This document shows, one piece after another, positions 1 to 6,884 of a stretch of DNA of 54,306 nt (position 1 is the first letter of the stretch; every line of letters begins with the position of its first letter). The notes beneath the pieces are model-generated. The model ran no database searches. It was given only the letters and a program-made list of their open reading frames with translations, and had not been told where the DNA came from. The translations under genes were made by a program, and so were the position numbers. This DNA comes from Clostridia bacterium (GTDB taxonomy: Bacteria > Bacillota > Clostridia > Christensenellales > CAG-138): contig JAFSHG010000087.1 of NCBI GenBank assembly GCA_017440405.1, positions 1-54,306 on the forward strand. Reading direction: 5' to 3'.

Positions 1-718
1 CTGCTGCAAGGTTTGAAACACAGCTTATTCCGCATATCCTCATGCCCATATGTTTTGCTGCTATGGCTTCGGAAACGGTACTCATGCCCACAGCATCTGC
101 ACCCATGGCAGAGAGCATTCTTATCTCGGCGGGGCATTCGTATGAGGGACCTGTGAGCTGCACATACACGCCGTGACGGAGCGGTATGCCGAGCTTTTCG
201 CCTGCTCTGTCTATTGCGTCTCGCATTTTACTGTCATACACGCACGACATATCGGGGAAGCGTGTTCCAAATTCATCAATGTTTTCGCCTATGAGCGGAT
301 TGCGTACAAAGAGCGATATGTGGTCGTCGATAACCATGAAATCACCTGCACCGAAATTCTTATTTATTCCACCCGAAGCATTGGTGAGTATGAGTTTTTT
401 TGCGCCCATGAGATGCAAAAGCCGAAGCGGCAGTACACATTCTTCTTGCGAATATCCCTCATAAAAATGAACTCTGCCCTGCATGACTGCCACGGGAACG
501 CCGCTTGCGTACCCGAATACGAATCTGCCCTTGTGACCTAAAACGGTGGACCTTGGAAAATCCGGTATGTCGCTGTAATTTATTACGGCCTTTGTATCTA
601 TGCCGTCTGCAAAAGCTCCGAGTCCCGAGCCTAATACAACCGCTGTTTCGGGTACAAAGTCCGTTACGCTGCGCACATAGTCTAAGCATTTCTCCACTCG
701 TTCATACATCTTGTTCAT
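1..718 (-). CDS. punA: purine nucleoside phosphorylase (trimeric PNP family), about the first 239 codons; the 3' end lies beyond the window edge
   Basis: Absent from the ORF track because it runs off the window. My reverse-strand translation from the ATG at 718 reads MNKMYERVEKCLDYVRSV..VVLGSGLG..STVLGHKGRFVFG..MQGRVHFYEGYS..LTNASGGIN..GPSYECPAEIRMLSAMGADAVGMSTVSEA, which are typical PNP motifs. Confidence 0.85.
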   Translation of the reverse strand, partial: MNKMYERVEKCLDYVRSVTDFVPETAVVLGSGLGAFADGIDTKAVINYSDIPDFPRSTVLGHKGRFVFGYASGVPVAVMQGRVHFYEGYSQEECVLPLRLLHLMGAKKLILTNASGGINKNFGAGDFMVIDDHISLFVRNPLIGENIDEFGTRFPDMSCVYDSKMRDAIDRAGEKLGIPLRHGVYVQLTGPSYECPAEIRMLSAMGADAVGMSTVSEAIAAKHMGMRICGISCVSNLAA

Positions 719-743
719 TCTAATCACTCCTTATATTTTTATA

Positions 744-3338
744 TCAAATGTCATCCATATGCAGCAGTGAGAGTATTTCATCATCACTAAGTTCTGTTAT
801 GTTGACATTATTTTCCACAACACCTGTTGCCATATCGGATTTACGCTCTATAAGCTCGTCGATTTTTTCCTCCAAAGTCCCCGTGCATATGAGTTTATGC
901 ACTATCACATTATTTGTTTGACCTATGCGAAATGCTCTGTCCGTCGCTTGATTTTCCACGGCGGGATTCCACCACCTGTCAAAGTGAATGACATGGTTTG
1001 CAGCCGTAAGATTTAAGCCCACACCGCCTGCACGAAGAGAAAGGACTATGTATGGGATGTAATTTTGGGGGTTGTTGAAACTCTCCACTATTTCTCCACG
1101 CTCGCCTATGCCGGTACTGCCGTGTATTACAAGTCCCCGTACTCCGAATAAGTCATACAGCGCATTTGCAAGCGGTTCGCACATCTCTTTGAACTGGGTG
1201 AAAACAAGCACGCGTTCTCGCCGCTCCTTTATTTCCTCGCAAAGCTCAATCAGGCGTGACATCTTTCCACTGTCTTTCACTTGGTATGTTCCCTGTCCCG
1301 TGTATTGGTCGGGATGATTGCATATCTGTTTCAGACGCAAAAGTCCCGATAGCACGAGCCCTCGTCTTTCCATGCCGTGTGAGTAGCCAATCTCTTCTGA
1401 AAGCGAGTTTACCACCTGCTTGTACAGTATAGCCTGTCTTTGGGTAAGAGTGCAATAGTTTTTCATCTCTATCTTCTCAGGTAAATCGGAAATTATGCTC
1501 TTATCCGTTTTTAGCCTGCGCAAAATAAAGGGACTTACGAATTTACGCAACTTTGATGCAGCATTGTCCATATCCGTGATACCCATGAGATAATCGGGTG
1601 TTGAATGGAAAAGCCCCGGATTCAAAAAATCAAAGATAGACCATAAATCGGTTATGGAATTTTCTATGGGCGTGCCTGTCATGGCTATCTTGAAACGGGC
1701 GTTTAAACGCTTTGCCGATTTGGATTGCAACGTCTGCGGATTTTTTATTGCCTGTGCTTCGTCCAATATAATGCAGTCCCACATAATGTTGCGGAGCTGA
1801 GTCAAGCGAGACAGCATGGCATATGTTGTTATGAAAATATCGCTGTCATCATTCTTTTCTATGCTCATGGTGCCGCAACTGTTGTGAAGCACCCGTACTT
1901 TCATAAACGGCGCAAACTTTGCAATTTCATTCTGCCAATTTTTCAGAAGCGATGCAGGTATTATCACCAAAGACCGTCCGCCCGTGAGTTGCCGTATCTG
2001 TTCTAAAACAGCGATTGCCTGAACGGTTTTGCCTAAACCCATATCGTCCGATAAACATGCGCCCAGTCCCATCTTGCGCATAAAATTAAGCCACCGCACA
2101 CCGTCTGCCTGATAGGGCCTCAGTGTGGCAGTGAAATACTCGCTCGGCTCCGATACACATGGCAGGGAGCTGTCCTCACGGTCACGCAGATTTTCTAAAA
2201 CGGCATCGTCTCCCAAATCAAACTCGGGAAGAACGTACTCCTCACCGTCGGGGAGGTTCTTGTCCGGTGAGAGCATGGCGCGCATTGCATCTGCCAGCGT
2301 GAGTTCGCTGCCGTTTTCCAGGAGCGATTCATACACAGCAAGGCATGAGTGCATTTCACTGCGATTCAGTTCTACCCATTTTCCTCGGAACATGAACAGG
2401 GTTTCATCTTTCTGCATGAGGCTTTCTATTTCCTCCGGGGTGAGCTTTTCACCGTCAATGGAAAGGTTTATATCAAAATTTAAAATGGCGTCCGTACCTA
2501 TCTGTGCAGTGCGTCTTATGGGAAGCATACCCAAAGTAAGCGTGCTGCGGCGTTTTTTCCAGTGATTGGGAATTCGGCATGTTATTCCGTACATGGAGTA
2601 CATTTCAAGCTCTTTTAAGAACGTATGCATTCCCGAAAGTGAGAGTGCATAACTGTCCAAAACAGCACCGTCATTGTATACTGCCTTCATAAGTTCGCTC
2701 TTTTTCGCAAGATTTTTTATGGCGAAAGAAACGGAATCCAATACATTTGCATTTCCGTCTGCTGAGAGTATTGCCACGGTCTCACGCAAAGGAAGCTCGC
2801 TGTTGCCGTACTTGCATGTGATGAGAAGACGGTACGGTGTGTCGGAGTTTTGAATTTCCTCAATGCTGAAAGTAACGCTCACCGCAGCCACTGTTTGTTT
2901 GTATATGTCCTCAACACACTCATGCAGCGGTTTGTTCTTCTTTGCGATTGCCCGTATAAGCCCACTGTACGTGTGCGTTATAAAAGACAGAGGCACTTTC
3001 CCCGACTTTTCAATCGAATTTGCTATTTCTTCCGTGCGCTTTTTAAGAGTGGCAGTAAGCTCCGAAATATCTTCTGATGCAGCGGCAGTGCGCAGAAAAT
3101 CGAGTGCAAAAGTGTGCAGGAAGCGCAAAGACGGGGAAGATGTGCGGAATTTTTGACTGTTTACCGCTGCCAAATATAACAGTGAATCTTCACTGTCTTT
3201 AAGATAACTGCAAAAGAATCTGTATTCGGCTGCCGACATGCGAACCCGTGAATCCCAAAGCAATATATAACCGTGTTCCGTGAATTGAACTTCCAAAGGA
3301 TATCCCACTTGTGTCTTTGCGGTTTTCCTTTTAGTCAA
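744..3338 (-). CDS. SNF2/RAD54-family helicase with a long bacterial SNF2-associated N-terminal region
   Basis: 864-aa ORF. Motif I is LSDDMGLGKTVQ and motif II is DEAQAIKN. C-terminal helicase motifs are LSLRAGGVGLNLTAANHVIHFDRWWNP and QATDRAFRIGQ. Its stop is 25 nt upstream of the PNP start on the same strand. Confidence 0.9.
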   Translation of the reverse strand: MTKRKTAKTQVGYPLEVQFTEHGYILLWDSRVRMSAAEYRFFCSYLKDSEDSLLYLAAVNSQKFRTSSPSLRFLHTFALDFLRTAAASEDISELTATLKKRTEEIANSIEKSGKVPLSFITHTYSGLIRAIAKKNKPLHECVEDIYKQTVAAVSVTFSIEEIQNSDTPYRLLITCKYGNSELPLRETVAILSADGNANVLDSVSFAIKNLAKKSELMKAVYNDGAVLDSYALSLSGMHTFLKELEMYSMYGITCRIPNHWKKRRSTLTLGMLPIRRTAQIGTDAILNFDINLSIDGEKLTPEEIESLMQKDETLFMFRGKWVELNRSEMHSCLAVYESLLENGSELTLADAMRAMLSPDKNLPDGEEYVLPEFDLGDDAVLENLRDREDSSLPCVSEPSEYFTATLRPYQADGVRWLNFMRKMGLGACLSDDMGLGKTVQAIAVLEQIRQLTGGRSLVIIPASLLKNWQNEIAKFAPFMKVRVLHNSCGTMSIEKNDDSDIFITTYAMLSRLTQLRNIMWDCIILDEAQAIKNPQTLQSKSAKRLNARFKIAMTGTPIENSITDLWSIFDFLNPGLFHSTPDYLMGITDMDNAASKLRKFVSPFILRRLKTDKSIISDLPEKIEMKNYCTLTQRQAILYKQVVNSLSEEIGYSHGMERRGLVLSGLLRLKQICNHPDQYTGQGTYQVKDSGKMSRLIELCEEIKERRERVLVFTQFKEMCEPLANALYDLFGVRGLVIHGSTGIGERGEIVESFNNPQNYIPYIVLSLRAGGVGLNLTAANHVIHFDRWWNPAVENQATDRAFRIGQTNNVIVHKLICTGTLEEKIDELIERKSDMATGVVENNVNITELSDDEILSLLHMDDI

Positions 3339-3492
3339 GCCTTTTGCCCTCCTCCTCGTTACTTGAAAAACAATTATATCATGTTTTTATAAAAAAATCA
3401 ACCGATTCAGTTACATTTTTTCAAGATATGAGGGAATTTTAAGTGAAACCCCGGAGAGATTTTTGTGTAAAAAATATATTGAAAAAAGGTGG

Positions 3493-3521
3493 TTGACAAA
3501 GCAGGAATATGCTGCCACAAT
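3493..3521 (+). promoter_or_regulatory. candidate sigma-A promoter for glnA (TTGACA-17-CACAAT)
   Basis: -35 TTGACA at 3493..3498, a 17-nt spacer, and a weak -10 CACAAT at 3516..3521, about 55 nt upstream of the glnA ATG. Confidence 0.35.
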
Positions 3522-3575
3522 AAACATGTGCAGTTGTAAAGCTGACATTGCTTGAAAAACAGGAGGTTTATGTAA

Positions 3576-5012
3576 ATGTTATTGAAATTGGCTACAGTGA
3601 CTGATGTGCAGAAGTATTGCAAAGAGAACGGCATCAGAATGATTGACTTCAAAATGACCGATATTGACGGAAGATGGCGTCACATCACCATCCCGGCAGA
3701 GCGCTTTACCGATGAAACCATGAAATACGGTATAGGTTTTGACGGCTCAAACTACGGTTATGCACCCGTTGAGAACAGCGACATGGTATTTATCCCCGAT
3801 ATTTCAACCGCAGCACTCGACCCCTTCTGTGAGGAACCCACAGTTTCCATGGTAGGCGATGTTATGATAATCAAGAGACCGGAAAATATCCCCTTTGACC
3901 AGTATCCCAGAAACGTAATGCGTCGTGCTACCGACTTCATGAAGGAGCAGGGTATAGCAGACGAAATGATTATAGGACCCGAATTTGAGTTCCACGTATT
4001 CGATAATGTATGGTATGATGTTCGTTCAAACAGAGCATCATTTGAGGTTGACACACGCCAGGCTCAGTGGAACAGCAACACAGGTGACAGCAAGGGATAT
4101 CAGGTTGACCCGCACAGAGGATATCATTGCTCAATGCCCAATGATGTAACACAGGATGTTCGCAGCAGAATGTGTGAGCTCATGGAAGACATGGGAGTGG
4201 GTGTGAAATATCATCACCATGAAGTAGGCGGTTCAGGACAGCTTGAGATAGAAGTTCAGCTCGGCGAAGTAAACAAGATGGCTGACGACACCATGACCAT
4301 TAAGTATATCATAAAGAATCAGGCTTTGCGTGAAGGCAGAACAGCTACACTCATGCCCAAGCCCATCTACGGCGAAGCAGGCAACGGTATGCACGTACAT
4401 ATGCTCCTCATGAAAGACGGCAAGCCCCTGTTCTATGATGAAAACGGTTATGCACAGTTATCTGAGCTTGCACACTATTTCATGGGCGGTCTTTTGAAGC
4501 ACGCTGCATCACTGTGTGCTATCACAAACCCCTCAACCAACTCATTCAAGCGTTTGGTTCCCGGTTTTGAAGCACCCGTAACCATAGGTTATGCAACGGC
4601 AAACAGAAGTGCCGTAATCAGAATCCCGGCATACGCAAAGTCGCCTGAATCCAAGCGTTTTGAGCTGCGCAACCCCGATGCAACATGTAACCCCTATTAT
4701 GCATATGCAGCAATCCTCATGGCAGGTCTGGACGGCATCAGAAACAAGATAAATGCGGCTGACCACGGCTGGGGACCTTTCGATTTCAACCTCTTCTCAC
4801 TCTCTAAGGAAGAACAGGCAAAGATTCAGGGTCTGCCCACAAATCTCCACGAGGCATGCAAGGCATTGCGTGAGGACCATGATTACCTCACAGTCGGCGG
4901 CGTATTCCCCGAAAGATTGATTGAGCAGTGGATAGCAAGACGTGAGAAGGATGCAACAGAAGTGGACAAGATTCCGCATCCCGCTGAGTTTGCTAAGTAT
5001 TATGACCTATAA
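3576..5012 (+). CDS. glnA: glutamine synthetase, type I
   Basis: 478-aa ORF with GGAGG 8 nt upstream of the ATG. GS-I motifs: FDGSN, GPEFEFHVF, MPKPIYGEAGNGMHVH, NPSTNSFKRLVPGFEAPV, RFELRNPD. Confidence 0.95.
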   Translation: MLLKLATVTDVQKYCKENGIRMIDFKMTDIDGRWRHITIPAERFTDETMKYGIGFDGSNYGYAPVENSDMVFIPDISTAALDPFCEEPTVSMVGDVMIIKRPENIPFDQYPRNVMRRATDFMKEQGIADEMIIGPEFEFHVFDNVWYDVRSNRASFEVDTRQAQWNSNTGDSKGYQVDPHRGYHCSMPNDVTQDVRSRMCELMEDMGVGVKYHHHEVGGSGQLEIEVQLGEVNKMADDTMTIKYIIKNQALREGRTATLMPKPIYGEAGNGMHVHMLLMKDGKPLFYDENGYAQLSELAHYFMGGLLKHAASLCAITNPSTNSFKRLVPGFEAPVTIGYATANRSAVIRIPAYAKSPESKRFELRNPDATCNPYYAYAAILMAGLDGIRNKINAADHGWGPFDFNLFSLSKEEQAKIQGLPTNLHEACKALREDHDYLTVGGVFPERLIEQWIARREKDATEVDKIPHPAEFAKYYDL

Positions 5013-5039
5013 TTCATAAAAACGGAATTATGAAAAATA

Positions 5040-5072
5040 CCGCTTCCTTTCACATGAGGGGAAGCGGTTTTT
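5040..5072 (+). terminator. rho-independent terminator of glnA
   Basis: Hairpin CCGCTTCC(5040..5047)/GGAAGCGG(5060..5067) followed by TTTTT (5068..5072). Confidence 0.8.
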
Positions 5073-5432
5073 CATGAGCTGCGAGAGAAAATATGCGGTT
5101 TTTTAGTCAACACCGAGAGCACATACGGATATACCGTGACATGTTGCAAGGACAGCAAACGGGCAGGGCAGATATGTGCGGCAATGAAAGTGGGGTACGT
5201 TTGACTACCCTACAAAACTACACTACTCTCAAACCACTTTTCGCATTTCTAAAGAATCACGGCTGTTTGACTACCCTACAAAACTACACTACTCTCAAAC
5301 TGAACAGTAAAACGTAACCGCCACAATGCCGTTTGACTACCCTACAAAACTACACTACTCTCAAACGCATTTATCCTTGCCGCCGTGTTTGCCTGTGTTT
5401 GACTACCCTACAAAACTACACTACTCTCAAAC

Positions 5433-5645
5433 GTCAATAAAGGGATGGTTCTTTATTAAAAGAAAAGCTAACCTTGCGGCTTTCTCTTCGATTGAGGGGT
5501 AGAAGTCAACTCCGCCAAAGGATTGAAATGGGGATACAAGGCAGGAATCCAATGCGCCTTCATCTCGCACTCCGTCAAGACCACCTGTTTCTGTAATCAA
5601 CATACTGTGAAGTCTTTTGACCTGTGTTTTGCTAAGTTCTTCTAC
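5433..5645 (-). pseudogene. doc: Doc/Fic (death-on-curing) toxin gene fragment, 3'-truncated inside the HPFxDGNKR motif by a CRISPR repeat
   Basis: My translation reads ..EELSKTQVKRLHSMLITETGGLDGVRDEGALDSCLVSPFQSFGGVDFYPSIEEKAARLAFLLIKNHPFID. The next codons, GTT TGA, are repeat sequence. The remaining ORF from the ATG at 5603 is 58 aa, below the ORF-track cutoff. No canonical start codon lies upstream of the conserved N-terminus. Confidence 0.85.
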
Positions 5646-5647
5646 TA

Positions 5648-6070
5648 TTATTCCTCCAATCCTGCGAGAATCTCATATGCTTTATGATACTTCGCAAACA
5701 TTCTTTTAGATGCCCTTTCCACCTCTGCGTCTGTTGCATATCTTCTCTCGCCCTGAACGGACTCGTTGCGAATGCGTGAACTCGCCGGCTTCTTGATGAA
5801 TGATAAAACGAGTTTCCAAAAATCCTTCCAATCCATATCGTCAGTGCCACACAAAACAAAAGTGCCATCATCGCTTAACCATGTTTCAGAAGAGTGGTAT
5901 TTGCGAGCCGCTTCGGTGATTATGTAATCAACCTCTTCTTTGATGTCAGCCGTAGTCCACCAATATGTCTTTTTCATCTCTTCAAATGTTTCAAAGCCTT
6001 CCTTTTTCATAGTCTGCAAGAAGTCTTTTGCAACGATTTTTGCAAGCTCTTCTATTGTCAACTTTTTCAT
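5648..6070 (-). CDS. hypothetical protein in the antitoxin position upstream of and overlapping the doc fragment; putative orphan antitoxin
   Basis: 140-aa ORF with AAGGAG 10 nt upstream of the ATG at 6070. Its stop overlaps the doc reading frame, a typical toxin-antitoxin layout. The C-terminal tail ..ATDAEVERASKRMFAKYHKAYEILAGLEE resembles antitoxin C-termini. I recognise no family for the N-terminal ~95 aa. Confidence 0.5.
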   Translation of the reverse strand: MKKLTIEELAKIVAKDFLQTMKKEGFETFEEMKKTYWWTTADIKEEVDYIITEAARKYHSSETWLSDDGTFVLCGTDDMDWKDFWKLVLSFIKKPASSRIRNESVQGERRYATDAEVERASKRMFAKYHKAYEILAGLEE

Positions 6071-6429
6071 AAATTGAATACTCCTTTATTCTTGATAGGT
6101 TTGACTACCCTACAAAACTACACTACTCTCAAACTATTGATATCTACATGCGTATAGAGGTCGAGGTTTGACTACCCTACAAAACTACACTACTCTCAAA
6201 CTACAATCTTATAGACAACATCTGCATCAGTGTTTTACTACCCTACAAAACTACACTACTCTCAAACTAGGCTGTTGAGTGTCCGCCACTCGTCAGAGTT
6301 TTACTACCCTACAAAACTACACTACTCTCAAACTTTTCCTTGCCCTTGCAGGTCGTGGCTTCGGTTTGACTACCCTACAAAACTACACTACTCTCAAACA
6401 TTTGTCAAGAGGGGTAGCCAATATTTTTG

Positions 6430-6547
6430 GTTTGACTACCCTACAAAACTACACTACAAGTTCAAATAAAAGTAATCTCAAATCGTTCGGTTATTCCGTC
6501 CATGCACAGCGGTGCAAAGAAAATGCGTCTGTTTCAGGCGTTTTTTT
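6430..6547 (+). ncRNA. tracrRNA: tracrRNA (anti-repeat, nexus-like region, two 3' hairpins, U-tract); 5' end undetermined
   Basis: Positions 6430-6457 are identical to repeat positions 1-28. The sequence then diverges to AAGTTCAAATAAAAGTAATC.., compared with S. pyogenes ..UAGCAAGUUAAAAUAAGGCUAGUCC. The predicted lower stem pairs crRNA GUUUGA with tracr UCAAAU, separated by a bulge. Hairpins are TGCAC/GTGCA at 6503-6516 and 6526-6540, followed by T7 at 6541-6547. Confidence 0.8.
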
Positions 6548-6826
6548 GTTATATAGCCCATAGACGGACAGAATGTAATGTGATATCAAAAGCCCCCTTG
6601 TATTTTTATCGCTCGTGATACCCCCGAAAGATACGGAGCATTTTTTTGCTGCATATGCTCTCTAAGTTATATTATACTTTCCGGGGAAACAAATGTCAAT
6701 TATTGTAAAATGAAGCAGACGTCAATGTAACAGCACACTCTCTGATGTAAAAAAAACTATGTATCATGAAGGTTTTGAATATTTTTACGGTACGGCGGGC
6801 AATGAAATCTTATGACATTCATACGC

Positions 6827-6855
6827 TTGAAACCGAAAGGTGAAAGTGCTATAAT
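6827..6855 (+). promoter_or_regulatory. sigma-A promoter of the hypothetical-radA operon (TTGAAA-17-TATAAT)
   Basis: -35 TTGAAA at 6827..6832, a 17-nt spacer, and -10 TATAAT at 6850..6855, 30 nt upstream of the ATG at 6885. Confidence 0.6.
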
Positions 6856-6884
6856 TAGCGTATTCAAAGGAATCGGAGGATGTT

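Larger units (their letters stand above)
5199..6399 (-). CRISPR. type II CRISPR array with nine 36-bp repeats and eight spacer slots, one of them filled by a 666-bp insert; crRNA strand inferred as minus
   Basis: The repeat on the + strand is GTTTGACTACCCTACAAAACTACACTACTCTCAAAC; on the minus strand it reads GTTTGAGAGTAGTGTAGTTTTGTAGGGTAGTCAAAC. Copies lie at 5199-5234, 5265-5300, 5331-5366, 5397-5432, 6099-6134, 6166-6201, 6232-6267, 6298-6333 and 6364-6399. The spacers are unique: six of 30 bp and one of 31 bp (6135-6165). The repeat has no internal stem and has GTTT..AAAC ends typical of type II. Orientation is set by complementarity to the adjacent tracrRNA. Confidence 0.95.

Noticed and set aside
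173-723. The track lists + strand ORFs 173..541, 186..464 and 505..723 and minus-strand ORF 459..689.
   Set aside because: They overlap a much better minus-strand reading frame encoding a clear purine nucleoside phosphorylase that is open from the window edge to the ATG at 718.
744-3338. The SNF2 helicase lying 2 kb from the CRISPR island could be part of a defence system.
   Set aside because: It has the ordinary bacterial SNF2-associated N-terminal region and is co-oriented and tightly linked with punA. It is separated from the array by glnA and has no nuclease or methylase partner.
6099-6134. Each repeat might carry its own promoter (type II-C style) driving the crRNAs and the embedded ORF.
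   Set aside because: The minus-strand repeat has a decent -35-like TTGAGA. The hexamers at 16-18-nt spacing (GGGTAG, GGTAGT, GTAGTC) are poor -10 elements. TAGGGT lies only 14 nt away and has no proper extended -10 spacing. An in-repeat promoter is not supportable from sequence alone.
6402-6427. TTGTCA and TATTTT inside the last spacer might form the tracrRNA promoter.
   Set aside because: The spacing between the hexamers is only 14 nt, so the tracrRNA 5' end and promoter remain undetermined.
5199-6465. The array might belong to a Cas13d (type VI-D) system, given 36-bp repeats, 30-nt spacers, a Ruminococcus-like host and a WYL protein in the window.
   Set aside because: The repeat has only two G residues on one strand and cannot form the Cas13d stem-loop. 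A Cas9-type tracrRNA scaffold lies adjacent. The WYL gene is 27 kb away, and no Cas13-sized ORF is present.
5093-6563. The track lists + strand ORFs 5093..5317, 5894..6157, 6230..6469 and 6279..6563, with recurring peptides such as LTTLQNYTTLK.
   Set aside because: These are artefacts of translating the 36-bp CRISPR repeats in frame. The periodic identical peptides come from repeat DNA, not from genes.
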